A stretch of 64,000 nt of DNA from a virus: the IMG/VR virus record IMGVR_UViG_3300031730_000001, positions 1 through 64,000 of that record. One strand, given 5' to 3'. The notes under the pieces are model-generated. The model did not search any database and was not told where the DNA came from. It saw only the letters and a list, made by a program, of their open reading frames with translations. How positions within the stretch are numbered: the stretch's first letter is position 1; each line of letters begins with the position of its first letter. Made by a program: the position numbers and the translations under genes. This document shows positions 9,061-19,212 of the stretch, in pieces.

Positions 9061-9558
9061 CTAGCCGAGCGCCGCCGCGAACTCCCCGGCTTTCGCCTCA
9101 GCCGCCGTCACCGTGATCTGGCCCCGGTGGCTCACCTCGACCCGGTAGAACTTCGAGCCGCCCGGAACATCCGGTACCCGCACCGGGAACACGCACGCCG
9201 CCGACTTCGGCTTGCCCGTACCCAGCGCGCCGGTCGCCACAACCTTCCCCGCCGAGTCGTACACCGTCACGGACGCACCCGCTGCGAGGTCCTCGTAGCC
9301 GCTGTAGCCGGTGCAGTCCTCGGACGTGTCACCCGACGGGATGTTGTCCCCGGTCAACGTCATCGAGCCGGTGAGCGTGAACGACTTCGGCGTGCTCGAC
9401 CCACCGCCCGACAGACCCCACACGAGACCGACAGCGCTGGCTCCCACAGCGAGGCCAGCCAAGGCGGCAACGAGCGGATGCGGCCAGCGTCTTGGCCGGG
9501 CCGCCGGAGTCTCGGGCAGCGGCGGGACAGCGGGCTCTTCCCTCAGTTCGTCAGACAT
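9061..9558 (-). CDS. Membrane-anchored protein (moron; possible superinfection exclusion)
   Basis: N-terminal TM helix, extracellular domain with two Cys; opposite strand to neighbours. Confidence 0.7.
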   Translation of the reverse strand: MSDELREEPAVPPLPETPAARPRRWPHPLVAALAGLAVGASAVGLVWGLSGGGSSTPKSFTLTGSMTLTGDNIPSGDTSEDCTGYSGYEDLAAGASVTVYDSAGKVVATGALGTGKPKSAACVFPVRVPDVPGGSKFYRVEVSHRGQITVTAAEAKAGEFAAALG

Positions 9559-9736
9559 GCCGCGAATCATGACAGCGGCCAACCCGTCTGCATGCAGCCG
9601 TGCGCGGATCGTGACCGGCGACCGGCCTGCCGAACTCCGCCGCATCCGACCGCACCAGCGCCGCGCCCAGCCCCCCTCTCCCGCGCGGACCTCCTCAACG
9701 TCACCGAGCTGACCAAGTTCGAACCCTGGAGCCCCC

Positions 9737-9856
9737 GTGCCCGAACAGCACACCCTCGTGATCACCGTCGAAGCGTCCGGCGAAGTCACCCCCGCCAACC
9801 CCCAGCATCACTCGGGGTGCAAGCGGACTGACCCTGATGACGGGGTGGGCCCGTGA
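9737..9856 (+). CDS. 39-aa peptide heading the pre-terminase module
   Basis: RBS GGAG, GTG start, LVITVEASGEVTPA; GTGA overlap with 9853. Confidence 0.5.
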   Translation: MPEQHTLVITVEASGEVTPANPQHHSGCKRTDPDDGVGP

Positions 9857-10422
9857 CGACCTTCACCGACGACTTCAACCGGGCCAACGGCGCCCCGGGA
9901 GCCAACTGGGTAGACGCAACCGGCCTCTGGACGATCGTCTCCAACCAGCTCTCATCAGGGACCGCGGGCGGCACGATCGTCATCCGCGCCGCCACCGCGA
10001 TGGCCACCAACGACAACTCGGCGCAGGTGACGATCGCCTCCACCGGGGCCGTCTCCCACGGCGTGTGGTGCCGCGGCAACACCGGCTTCACGCAGGGCTA
10101 CCTGTGGCGCAACGACGGCACCTCGTGGGTGCTCTTCTCGAACGTCGGCGGCAGCTTCACCAGCCTCGGCAGCTACGCCGCAGCAGCCGTCGCCGGCGAC
10201 GTAGTGAAAGTCCAGGCTGTCGGATCGACGATCCAGGGCTTCGTCAACGGGATCTCGCGCGTCTCCGTCGCCAACACGGCCGTGGCAACCGGCACCAGTG
10301 TCGGTATCCGGGCCGAATCCACCAACCTCCTCAGATTCGACGACTTCACCGCCGCGGACGTGTCCGCCGGCACCGCCACCAAGACCCCCAGCACGCTCAG
10401 CCAATACGGCAGCTACTTCTAG
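9853..10422 (+). CDS. Beta-sandwich (ConA/lectin-like) putative virion protein
   Basis: FTDDFNRAN...W...FDDFTA signature; C-terminal QYGSYF. Confidence 0.7.
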   Translation: MTTFTDDFNRANGAPGANWVDATGLWTIVSNQLSSGTAGGTIVIRAATAMATNDNSAQVTIASTGAVSHGVWCRGNTGFTQGYLWRNDGTSWVLFSNVGGSFTSLGSYAAAAVAGDVVKVQAVGSTIQGFVNGISRVSVANTAVATGTSVGIRAESTNLLRFDDFTAADVSAGTATKTPSTLSQYGSYF

Positions 10423-10433
10423 AAGGGACCGCA

Positions 10434-10901
10434 ATGGCCCGCTACAACGCGCAGGTGACGTCCGCGGCGGCGCTCGCCGTCGACACGGCCTTCGCCGCTC
10501 TCGTGCCCGCCGCGGCCGTCGCCTGCAAGCTGCGGCGAGTCACCCTCGGTATCTCCGTCGCGTCCGGCTCGATCACCTCACAGCAGGTCGTGGTGGCCAT
10601 CAACCGCGGCACCGCCCGCGGCACCGCCACTACTACCGTCGCCGGGCAGCGGCTCGATCCCCGCTCCGCGGCGTCCGGCATCACCGGCATGGACACGGTC
10701 TGGTCCGCCGCCCCCACGCTCGCTGCCGCGGACGCCTTCCGGGTCGCGTTCAACAGCCAGAGCGGCGTCGACCTGCCGTGGGAACTGATGGAGGAGTTCC
10801 TCTCCGACGTCGGCACCGCCAACCCGCTCGTCTTCGTCAACCGGGTCACCGCGCTGCCCGCGAACCACTCCCTGGTCCTGGCCGTCGAGTACGAGGAGTA
10901 G
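10434..10901 (+). CDS. Putative virion decoration/fibre protein
   Basis: Ala/Thr/Val-rich beta-type sequence ending VEYEE. Confidence 0.65.
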   Translation: MARYNAQVTSAAALAVDTAFAALVPAAAVACKLRRVTLGISVASGSITSQQVVVAINRGTARGTATTTVAGQRLDPRSAASGITGMDTVWSAAPTLAAADAFRVAFNSQSGVDLPWELMEEFLSDVGTANPLVFVNRVTALPANHSLVLAVEYEE

Positions 10902-10908
10902 ATAACCC

Positions 10909-11889
10909 ATGTCGCGGCGGTGGCGCGGCCCTTATGTCCGCCGCGGCAGATTCCTGTACGCCCCTCCAGCCCAGCAGACGGCCCAGGTGCCGCCCTGGGC
11001 TCCAGCCTTCGTCGAGGGGCAACGCCCCCGGGCTCTGTGGCTCCGGCGAGGCCCCCTCTTCCCCACACCGCCCCCGCCAGCCGCCCCGGCTACGCCGGCC
11101 GCCGTCCCCGGCTTCATCCGGCGCGTAACGGTCCGGCTGGTCCAAGTCCGGCGCCGGGGCGAGTTCACCTGGACCCCGCCTCAGGCAGCAGCACCCGCCG
11201 CCCCGCCCTGGACACCCGGTACGGTCTCCCGGAGCCGCCTGCGTCCCGCAGGCGGACGCCGCGGCACGTTCCTGCCCGCGCCGCCCGCCGGCACGGCCCC
11301 GGTGCCCGGATACCTGTCCGCACGTCGCCCACGCCCCCCGCGCGGGCGACGCAGCGACTACTTCACCCCCACACCCGCCCCAACCGGTCCGGCACCGCTC
11401 GTGCAGGCGCCGTACAAGCAGCCGGCACGCCGCATGATCCCAGCACGCCGTGGCGTGTTCGCGAGGATCGCGCCCGCTGGCGTAGCGCCTACCGCACCCG
11501 CATGGGTGCCCGCGTGGCTGTCGCGGCGGGCAACCCGCGTGGCGGCTGTACGACGGGGCCGGATAGCCGCCCCCGCGCTTCAGCAGGCACAGGCGGCGGC
11601 GTGGCCCGTGCCGATCATCCAGCCGCGTCGGCGGCGCCTGCTGCCCATCCGCGGCGGGGGATTCACCACCACCGCACCGGCCGCTCATGCAGGGCCGCCG
11701 GTCATCGACGACATCACCGTCACCGTCGGCGCGCCCTACAGCCAGTGGGCTGTCGGCGCGCCCACCGGTACGCCCTACGCGGATTCGGCGCCACACGGCA
11801 GCGGGTGGACGATCGCCGAGCCCACCAGTACGCCGTACACGCCCCAGACGCCGCACGGGACCGGATGGGAGGTGGCCATACCGTGGTGA
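10909..11889 (+). CDS. Arg/Pro-rich repeat protein
   Basis: About 8 RRGxF-like units; fits exactly between neighbours with GTGA overlap. Confidence 0.7.
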   Translation: MSRRWRGPYVRRGRFLYAPPAQQTAQVPPWAPAFVEGQRPRALWLRRGPLFPTPPPPAAPATPAAVPGFIRRVTVRLVQVRRRGEFTWTPPQAAAPAAPPWTPGTVSRSRLRPAGGRRGTFLPAPPAGTAPVPGYLSARRPRPPRGRRSDYFTPTPAPTGPAPLVQAPYKQPARRMIPARRGVFARIAPAGVAPTAPAWVPAWLSRRATRVAAVRRGRIAAPALQQAQAAAWPVPIIQPRRRRLLPIRGGGFTTTAPAAHAGPPVIDDITVTVGAPYSQWAVGAPTGTPYADSAPHGSGWTIAEPTSTPYTPQTPHGTGWEVAIPW

Positions 11890-12182
11890 TCCCCGCCACC
11901 ACCACCGAGTTCATCCACGTCGCCGTCACCCCGCCCGCCGGAGTCGACATCACCGGCACCCCGCCGAAGCTCGCCTTCCTGCCCGTCGGCAACCGCAGCA
12001 ACCCGGCCGTCGCCGACTGGCACACCGGAACGTGGGGCAGCGGACCGGAAGCCCTGCTCCTTGTCGGCCCCGACGGCGGGGCCATCACGCTCACCCCAGG
12101 CGACTACCGCGTCTACGTATCCTTCGACCCGCCCGGCTCCGAGAACATCGTGCGGCTGTCCGGGTACCTCGGCATTACCTGA
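11886..12182 (+). CDS. Small Ig-like putative structural protein
   Basis: TEFIHVAV...W..GTW...LLVGP.GG..LTPGDY.VYV pattern. Confidence 0.7.
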   Translation: MIPATTTEFIHVAVTPPAGVDITGTPPKLAFLPVGNRSNPAVADWHTGTWGSGPEALLLVGPDGGAITLTPGDYRVYVSFDPPGSENIVRLSGYLGIT

Positions 12183-12193
12183 GGAGCGGTGGC

Positions 12194-12364
12194 GTGACAG
12201 ATCTACACGTCGTACCCATCGGCAACCTCATTGAGCACGACACCGGCGTCGACAGCTCCTGCGTCTGCATGCCGACGGACACGCCCGTCGAGCAGGAAGA
12301 CGGAACGATCCGCTGGCTCGCCGTCCACCACAGCCTCGACGGCCGTGAGCTGGAGGCGACGTGA
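12194..12364 (+). CDS. Small His/Cys protein
   Basis: HVVP..LIEH...CVC.P...HHSLDGRE. Confidence 0.65.
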   Translation: MTDLHVVPIGNLIEHDTGVDSSCVCMPTDTPVEQEDGTIRWLAVHHSLDGRELEAT

Positions 12365-12594
12365 AGAAGCACAAGGCACCCAACCGGCAGCCGCGCGGGG
12401 CACGCGCCACACTGCCCAAACCGATGTACCCGCCAGCGCCGCCGTGCGGACCCAACCCGTATCCCGAAGTCAGCAGCGACCCGTGGTGGGCGCACAACTG
12501 CCACGCCTGCGCCTGCTGGCATCAGTACGACGAATGCCCGTGCGACCTCGCCGCGCACGTGCCCTCGCATCCAGCGGCCGACTGTCCCTGCTGA
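12361..12594 (+). CDS. Small Cys-rich protein
   Basis: GTGA overlap; several CxC motifs. Confidence 0.5.
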   Translation: MKKHKAPNRQPRGARATLPKPMYPPAPPCGPNPYPEVSSDPWWAHNCHACACWHQYDECPCDLAAHVPSHPAADCPC

Positions 12595-12850
12595 ACAGAG
12601 CGAGGGAGGCAGGTGTGGTCGACGACCGAGCAAGGGGCAAGCTGCAACTCCGCACCGCCCCGAGCTCGACAGGCTGGTACCGACTGCGCAGCGAGTGCCG
12701 CACCGCCCTGGAGTACTGGCTTCGCTACGCCATCGGAGAGCCACGCGACTTCGCCTACTGCACCCCGCGACGCATCGCGTGCAGCCTCCTCGGATGGCAC
12801 AACACCACCTGCGTCGGACGGCCAGCGCCACATCCGCGGAGCTGGTGAGC

Positions 12851-13243
12851 ATGCCCAGACGGACAGGGTGGCGCGTCTGCTCGACACCCGGCTGCCCCGA
12901 GTTCAGCCAAGGCGGGAAGTGCGACGACCACCGGCGCGAGGCAGAGCAGCGGCGCGGCACCGCACGGCAACGCGGGTACGGCAAGCAGCACGAGCAGCGC
13001 TTCCGGCCTGGTGTCCTCACACGCAACCCAGCCTGCGTCTGCACAGACGAGACACACGGACATGGCACACCATGCGCCGAGCGATCCGTACACGCTGACC
13101 ACTGGCCACTCAGCCGGCGCCAACTCGTCGAGCAAGGGCTCGACCCCGACGACCCGAAGCACGGGCGCGGACTGTGCGGGCCATGCCACTCCAAAGAGAC
13201 GGCAGCCAACCCGGAGCAGCAAGGCGGATGGGCGCGACAGTGA
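12851..13243 (+). CDS. Terminase-associated HNH endonuclease
   Basis: C.TPGC...C..H, RGYG, ADH...GLCxxCHS.ET; upstream of terminase. Confidence 0.85.
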   Translation: MPRRTGWRVCSTPGCPEFSQGGKCDDHRREAEQRRGTARQRGYGKQHEQRFRPGVLTRNPACVCTDETHGHGTPCAERSVHADHWPLSRRQLVEQGLDPDDPKHGRGLCGPCHSKETAANPEQQGGWARQ

Positions 13244-13271
13244 GGCCCGACCAGCAGAAGGGTGGACGGTT

Positions 13272-13592
13272 GTGAGCGCGGACGGCAGCGGCACGCACAC
13301 AGTGCAGCTCGGCAGTGACGGCATGCATCACTCGCTCATCGTCGACGGCATCGACCTGTCGCGAGGCATGAGGTCGGCTCAACTGACGCTGGCATCGGGC
13401 ATGATGCCCACGCTCGTCCTCGACCCGATCATCTTCAACCTCGACGGCACCGACCTGGGTGACGCCCGCGTTGTGGTGGCAGACCAGGCAGCCGCAGCGC
13501 TCGTCGCGCTCGGATGGGCGCCGCCGGCGGAACAGCCTGTCGAGGTGAGTGCTGAGCGGAAGCGCGACCAGCCTGACCGTGACGGACGGTGA
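13272..13592 (+). CDS. Hypothetical protein
   Basis: Globular ORF with RBS. Confidence 0.55.
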   Translation: MSADGSGTHTVQLGSDGMHHSLIVDGIDLSRGMRSAQLTLASGMMPTLVLDPIIFNLDGTDLGDARVVVADQAAAALVALGWAPPAEQPVEVSAERKRDQPDRDGR

Positions 13593-13770
13593 CCAGACCC
13601 CAGGGGAGGGACCGCGATCGCCGTCGCGATCCGGACCGCCGGGGAGGGCTAGCTGCACCTCGGCAAATTCAAAACTTCCGAAGATCAACTTCCCCTTGAT
13701 CATTAGTCACAATGTGTGACTAGGATGCGCCCCGTTCGGGAACATCAGGCACCTCTGGAACGTTGAACAG
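13593..13770. other. Candidate cos / packaging region
   Basis: Non-coding gap between HNH and terminase genes; GGGGAGGG twice, AT-rich patch, palindrome TAGTCACA-ATG-TGTGACTA 13704-13722. Confidence 0.45.
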
Positions 13771-13772
13771 AT

Positions 13773-14465
13773 GTGACCAACTCCCGTCTCTGCCCCGGCT
13801 GTCGGCAGCCATTCCCTGTCAGCGCGCGCGAGGGGAATCCCCGCGTTTGGTGCAGCGGCTCGTGTCGCCGGTGGGCGGGTCTGCATCCCGGTGAGGTGCG
13901 GCCCGCGCAACGAGCGTGCATCGGATGTGCGGTCGACATCTCAACCAGGCCAATGCAGGCAAAGTGGTGTTCGAAGCGATGTTTCGAGACCGTCAAGGGG
14001 ACGCGGAGAAGCGGGCCTCTCGCGCTGGCGACCTGCGCTCTCGAAGAGTGCGGCACTTCCTTTCAGCCCAGGCGGGAGGGGCAGCGCTGCTGCTCGGAGA
14101 AGCATGGCAAGCTTCTGTACAACCGGGAGTCGCGGGCGGACGGTCGCCAGAAGTCATCGGTGTGGAACGACAAGCGCCGTGACAACTACCACCGCCGTCG
14201 GGCCTTGAAGAAGGCCACGTCGACTGGCGAACCGGTGTTGTTTGCGGAGATAGCGGAGCGGGACCGCTGGCGTTGCTCTCTCTGCAAGAAGGCCGTGGAT
14301 CCGTTGGTGAAGTGGCCGGACCCGAAAAGTCCGAGCCTTGACCACGTGGTGCCGCTCTCAAGGGGCGGCGCGCACGATCCATCGAACGTCGCCTTGGCGC
14401 ACCTGGGGTGCAACACGGCGAAGAACAATCGCGGTGGCGGCGAGCAGTTGATGCTGATCGGCTGA
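13773..14465 (+). CDS. HNH endonuclease with N-terminal Zn fingers
   Basis: Three CxxC...CS..C/H units, then RD.WRC.LC...SLDHVVPLSRGG.H...N..LAH..CN..K. Confidence 0.9.
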   Translation: MTNSRLCPGCRQPFPVSAREGNPRVWCSGSCRRWAGLHPGEVRPAQRACIGCAVDISTRPMQAKWCSKRCFETVKGTRRSGPLALATCALEECGTSFQPRREGQRCCSEKHGKLLYNRESRADGRQKSSVWNDKRRDNYHRRRALKKATSTGEPVLFAEIAERDRWRCSLCKKAVDPLVKWPDPKSPSLDHVVPLSRGGAHDPSNVALAHLGCNTAKNNRGGGEQLMLIG

Positions 14466-14664
14466 ACGCCGCCCACTGTCTGACGGCGGCACGGAAGAGC
14501 GGCTAGCGACCGGCTGGCGGCAGGAGACGCAGCCTGCCCGTGCCACCGCCTGTAGTACGGCCCAGAAACCCCCGCATCGCCGGGGGTTTCGCCATGTCTG
14601 GACCGGCTGCGCGCAATGCCAGCCGTGTACGAGGCGCCGCAATGGCGCATCGGAGGAGATCGAG

Positions 14665-15135
14665 ATGGCGAGTGGTGGAGCACGTGCACGCTCCGGTCCC
14701 GCCCCTGACCCGACGGCGCTTCGGCGCGACCGGGATGCCGGCGAGTGGACGGTGCTGCCCGCGGAGGGTCGCGAGGGCGCAATGCCTGAGTGGCCGTTGA
14801 CGGAGCAGTCGATCCGCGAGTTCGAGCTGTGGGAGACGCTGTGGCGTAAGCCGCAGGCGATCATGTGGGAGCGGTATGGCCAGGAGTTCGAGGTGGCGTT
14901 GTACGTCCGCCGCTTCTCTGAGGCCGAGTTGATGGACTCGCGGGTGAATCTGTCGACGCTGGTCCGTCAGATGGCGGACAGTCTGGGCCTGACGACGCCT
15001 GGGATGCGTGCGAACCGGTGGCGGATCGCTGCGGATGAGGTTGCGGAACGGCGCGAGAGCGCCGAGAAGCAGCAGCCGGTAAAGCGGCTCTCGGCCCGGG
15101 AGCGATTCAAGGTCGTTTCCGGTGATGGAGAATGA
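14665..15135 (+). CDS. terS: Terminase small subunit
   Basis: GGAR.RSGP.PDP...W..LW..PQA..W...LGLT..GM; RBS GGAGG. Confidence 0.85.
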   Translation: MASGGARARSGPAPDPTALRRDRDAGEWTVLPAEGREGAMPEWPLTEQSIREFELWETLWRKPQAIMWERYGQEFEVALYVRRFSEAELMDSRVNLSTLVRQMADSLGLTTPGMRANRWRIAADEVAERRESAEKQQPVKRLSARERFKVVSGDGE

Positions 15136-16771
15136 TCTGTGGCCCACGCTCGGCTTTCTCATTTCGGACTGGGTGGAGGCGCACTGCGTCATCCCGGACG
15201 GCTTCTCTGCTGGTAAGCCGTATGTTCTGACGCAGGAGATGCTCAGGTTCTACGTCCACCACTACCGTGTGAAGCCCGAGGCGACGCGTGAGCGGTCGAT
15301 GCTGTCGCCTGCGTCGGCGTTCCACTTCCGGCGTAGCCAGTTGGTGCGTCCGCAGAAGTGGGGCAAGGGCCCTCTAACGGCCTCGCAGGTGTGTGTGGAG
15401 GGTGTCGGACCGGCGGTTTTCGCCGGCTGGGCGTCCGGTGGCGAGGTGTACGACTGTCGGGATCACGGCTGTGGCTGCGGCTGGGGGACCTCTCGTCACG
15501 ATCAGGATCCGCACGTCTTCGAGCCTGGCGAGCCGATGGGCATGGCGTGGCCGACGCCGCTGATTCAGATCACGGCGTTCTCGGAGGAGCAGACCGACAA
15601 CATCTATGGCGCCCTCCGTCCGATGATCGACAAGGGTCCGTTGTCGGAGCTGATCCCAAAGACTGGCGAGGAGTTCATTCGCCTGCCAGGCGGGGGTCGT
15701 GTCGACACGGTCACCTCGTCAGCCCAGTCTCGCCTCGGTCAGCGCGTCACGTTCGTCCCCCAGGACGAGACGGGCATCTGGACGACCGAGAACAAGATGC
15801 AGAAGGTCGCCGACACGCAGCGGCGCGGTCTGGCGGGCATGGGCGGCCGGTCGACGGAGACGACGAACGGCTGGGACCCGTCGGAGAACTCGGTCGCGCA
15901 GCGGACGTTTGAGGCGAAGGTGCAGGACATCTTCCGCGACTTCCGTAAGGCGCCGGCGGACCTGAACTACGCCAAGAAGGCGGATCGCCGCAGAATCCAC
16001 AAGGCGGTGTACGGCGACTCCTGGTGGGTCGATCTGGACGCCATCGAGGCCGAGGCGGCGGAGCTGCTGGAGCGCGACCAGGCGCAGGCTGAACGCTTCT
16101 TCGGCAACCGCATCACGGCTGGCACCGGTACGTGGCTGGCACGGGACCGCTGGGACGGCCGGGCCGGATTCCGGGAAGTCCCGGACGGCACCACGATCGT
16201 GCTCGGCTTCGACGGCTCGGACATCGACGACTGGACGGGTATTCGCGCGGAGACGCTGGACGGCTACCAGTTCACGCCGGTGTACAGCTCGCTGGAGTTG
16301 CCGACGATCTGGGATCCGAAGGAGTGGGGCGGGCAGACGCCGCGTCTCGAAGTGGATGCCGCAGTCGACGAGCTGATGCGCCGCTACCAGGTGGTGCGCA
16401 TGTACTGCGATCCGCCGTACTGGGAGACGGAGATCGACGGCTGGGCGGACCGGCACGGCGAGAAGCGTGTGGTCCGCTGGTACACGCAGCGGGTCGTGCA
16501 GATGTACGCCGCCTGTGAGCGGCTGCTGACGGACGTGACGAAGGCTGGCAGCGGCTTCGCCCATGACGGCTGCGAGGACACGTCCGCACATGTGGGCCAT
16601 GCCCGCAAGGCGGCCAGGACTGCGGGCCGGTACGTGCTTCGCAAGGCCGCACCCCATCAAAAGATCGATATGGCCGTGGTGGCCGTTCTCGCACACGAGG
16701 CGGCCGGTGACGCGATTGCTGCGGGCCAGGCCCGTCCGAAGGTTTCCCGGAAAACGACTGTGATGCGCTGA
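15125..16771 (+). CDS. terL: Terminase large subunit
   Basis: Walker A-like RPQKWGKG, QDE, nuclease LGFDGS..DD.T, KIDMAVV. Confidence 0.92.
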   Translation: MENDLWPTLGFLISDWVEAHCVIPDGFSAGKPYVLTQEMLRFYVHHYRVKPEATRERSMLSPASAFHFRRSQLVRPQKWGKGPLTASQVCVEGVGPAVFAGWASGGEVYDCRDHGCGCGWGTSRHDQDPHVFEPGEPMGMAWPTPLIQITAFSEEQTDNIYGALRPMIDKGPLSELIPKTGEEFIRLPGGGRVDTVTSSAQSRLGQRVTFVPQDETGIWTTENKMQKVADTQRRGLAGMGGRSTETTNGWDPSENSVAQRTFEAKVQDIFRDFRKAPADLNYAKKADRRRIHKAVYGDSWWVDLDAIEAEAAELLERDQAQAERFFGNRITAGTGTWLARDRWDGRAGFREVPDGTTIVLGFDGSDIDDWTGIRAETLDGYQFTPVYSSLELPTIWDPKEWGGQTPRLEVDAAVDELMRRYQVVRMYCDPPYWETEIDGWADRHGEKRVVRWYTQRVVQMYAACERLLTDVTKAGSGFAHDGCEDTSAHVGHARKAARTAGRYVLRKAAPHQKIDMAVVAVLAHEAAGDAIAAGQARPKVSRKTTVMR

Positions 16772-16786
16772 CGACGGGGGTGACCT

Positions 16787-18172
16787 ATGGCCCTCGATCT
16801 CGAACCGGATGCGTGGCTGAAGCGGCTGATCCAGTGTCACGACAAGGATCTGCCGCAGCTCCGCCTGATGGACAGCTACTACGAGGGCACGCAGCCGCTG
16901 AGCTACCTGGCGCCGGAGATCCAGGCGGAGTTGTCGGACCGGATGCGCCAGTTGGTCATCAACTGGCCACAGCTGGTGGTGGACGCTCTGGACGAGCGGT
17001 TGGACGTCGAGGGCTTCCGGTACGCGGACTCGGAGACGACGGCCGACGACCTGTGGTCGGTATGGCAGGCCTCCGACATGGATGAGGGCTCCCAGCAGGC
17101 CCATGTCGATGCGTTGGCCCTGAAGCGGTCTTACGTGATCGTTGGCGCGAACGAGGATGACGAGTCGGCTCCGATCGTCACTGCGGAGAGCGCCCTGGAG
17201 GTGTTCGCGGAGCGGGATCCGCGAACGCGCCAGGTGGTCGCGGCGGTGAAGCGCTGGGACGAGCCGGCGCCGGCCGGGTCTGCGCCGGTGAAGTGGGCGA
17301 CGTTGTATCTGCCGAATGCGCGGATGACGTTCGAGCAGCAGAAGGGCGCTTGGGCCGAAGTCGACCGCGACGAGCACAACCTCGGTGAAGTGCTCGTCGT
17401 CCCGCTCGCCAACAGGCCGAGGCTGCGGCACGCGGACGGTACGTCCGAACTCCGCTCGATCATCCCGATCTCGGACGCGGCCTGCAAAATCGCCTCCGAC
17501 ATGATGGTGTCCGCCGAGTTTCACGCGATGCCGCGCCGTTGGGCGACAGGGATGTCCCGGGATGACTTCGCCGACGAGAACGGGCAGCCGCTGGGTGCAA
17601 TGTCGTCGCTGGCGGGCCGTCTGTGGGCGAACGAGAGCACCGAGGTGAAGTTCGGTCAGTTCCAGGAGGCCCAGCTCAGTAACTTCCACGAGACGCTCAA
17701 CACGCTCGCCCGCTTGGTGGCCGCACTGACTGGCCTGCCGCCCGCCTTCCTTGGCTTGGCGACTGATCAGCCGCCGTCGGCGGATGCGATCCGCGCGTCG
17801 GAGGCCCGGCTGGTGAAGCGTGCGGAGCGCCACCAGCGGGCCTTCGGTGAGGTCTGGGAGCGGGTTATGCGTCTCGTTCTGCTGGTCCGGGACGGTGAAC
17901 TCGACCCTCGAACCCGCAAGCTCGAAACGGTCTGGCGGGATCCGGCGACTCCGACCTACGCGCAGAAGGCCGACGCCGTGGTGAAACTGCACGCGTCCGG
18001 CATTCTGCCGACGGAGCAGGCGTGGGAGGACTTGGGCTACAGCGCGGTGCAGCGGGCCCGGATGCGGGGCATGCAGGACGATGCCTTGACCCGGATGACG
18101 GCCATGGATCTGCACCAGTTGTCGACGGCCCACGAGCCGACGCCTGTTGAGGCGCCTCCTGTCGGCGGCTGA
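16787..18172 (+). CDS. Portal protein (SPP1 gp6-like)
   Basis: YYEG.QPL, NW..LVVD...ERL, G.SEL, SADAI; position. Confidence 0.92.
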   Translation: MALDLEPDAWLKRLIQCHDKDLPQLRLMDSYYEGTQPLSYLAPEIQAELSDRMRQLVINWPQLVVDALDERLDVEGFRYADSETTADDLWSVWQASDMDEGSQQAHVDALALKRSYVIVGANEDDESAPIVTAESALEVFAERDPRTRQVVAAVKRWDEPAPAGSAPVKWATLYLPNARMTFEQQKGAWAEVDRDEHNLGEVLVVPLANRPRLRHADGTSELRSIIPISDAACKIASDMMVSAEFHAMPRRWATGMSRDDFADENGQPLGAMSSLAGRLWANESTEVKFGQFQEAQLSNFHETLNTLARLVAALTGLPPAFLGLATDQPPSADAIRASEARLVKRAERHQRAFGEVWERVMRLVLLVRDGELDPRTRKLETVWRDPATPTYAQKADAVVKLHASGILPTEQAWEDLGYSAVQRARMRGMQDDALTRMTAMDLHQLSTAHEPTPVEAPPVGG

Positions 18173-18174
18173 TC

Positions 18175-19212
18175 GTGGCCGTTGAGACGCAGGCGCATCA
18201 GGACATCATCGACGCCTATGGCCGGTCTCAGCAGCGGGCTGTCATTCAGACGACGGTGACGTTGCAGCGGCTGTGGAAGGAGCTCGCGGCCACGGATCTC
18301 TCACGGTCGTGGCTGGGCGGTCTGGGTGCGGCAATGGTGCGCGCGGTGGCGGCCGGCCAGTTGGTGGCGGCGTCGACGGGCCAGAAGTACATCGAGGCGA
18401 TGGTCCGCGGGGATGGGCTGGGCAACAACTACATGGAGCAGGCGTCGCACGTCGACACCCGCTCGTTTTCGGGGGCGGCGTCGGATGGTCGGGCCCTGGA
18501 TTCGCTGCTGTATCTGCCGGTGATCCATACGAAGACCCTGATCGGCAACGGCATGACGTTGCCGGAGTCGATGACGTCCGGCCTGTTCCAGCTGCAGCGG
18601 ATGGTGGCCTCGGAGGTCGCCGACGCCGGCCGGGGTGCGGCCAGTGTCGCGATGGTCGCGAACCGCACCGTGACCGGCTACGTGCGGCAGGTCCGGTCGG
18701 GCGCGTGCGCACGCTGTGCGATCCTGGCGGGCCGCTGGTATCGGTACAATGCGGACTTTCAGAGACATAAGCGCTGCCAGTGCTATGGGGTTCCCGCGAC
18801 CGATGCCCGTCCGGGCCGCCACACGAACCCGATGTCGTTCTTCCACGGCCTTTCCCGTGCCGAGCAGGATCGCCGGTTCACGATCGGTGGCGCGGAGGCG
18901 ATCCGCAATGGCGCCGACATCTATTCGGTGGTCAACGCGGGCCGGTCGACGATCACGTTGGACGCCTACGGCAAGAAGGTCGTGGCCACGCTTGAGGGCA
19001 CCACGAAGCGCGGGGCGTTCTACCAGCAGATGTTGCGTGAGGCCGAGCAGCGCACCGGGCAGCGGTTCGCGCGGAACGGCTACGACCTGGAACGCGGCCT
19101 GCCTCGCTTCCACTTGCGGACGCCGCGGCTGACGCCCGGCGAGATCCTGCGTCTCTCGGATGACCGCGACGAGCTGATCAGGCTCTTGAAGCGGTTCGGA
19201 TACCTGTCTTAG
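18175..19212 (+). CDS. Minor capsid / MuF-like head morphogenesis protein
   Basis: ACARCAILAG...FQRHKRCQC; after portal. Confidence 0.8.
   Translation: MAVETQAHQDIIDAYGRSQQRAVIQTTVTLQRLWKELAATDLSRSWLGGLGAAMVRAVAAGQLVAASTGQKYIEAMVRGDGLGNNYMEQASHVDTRSFSGAASDGRALDSLLYLPVIHTKTLIGNGMTLPESMTSGLFQLQRMVASEVADAGRGAASVAMVANRTVTGYVRQVRSGACARCAILAGRWYRYNADFQRHKRCQCYGVPATDARPGRHTNPMSFFHGLSRAEQDRRFTIGGAEAIRNGADIYSVVNAGRSTITLDAYGKKVVATLEGTTKRGAFYQQMLREAEQRTGQRFARNGYDLERGLPRFHLRTPRLTPGEILRLSDDRDELIRLLKRFGYLS

Noticed and set aside
15719-18133. 804-aa minus-strand ORF and many similar long antisense or alternate-frame ORFs (e.g. 20065-21588, 29004-30482, 61764-63530)
   Set aside because: Shadow frames of real genes in high-GC DNA; no motifs or RBS
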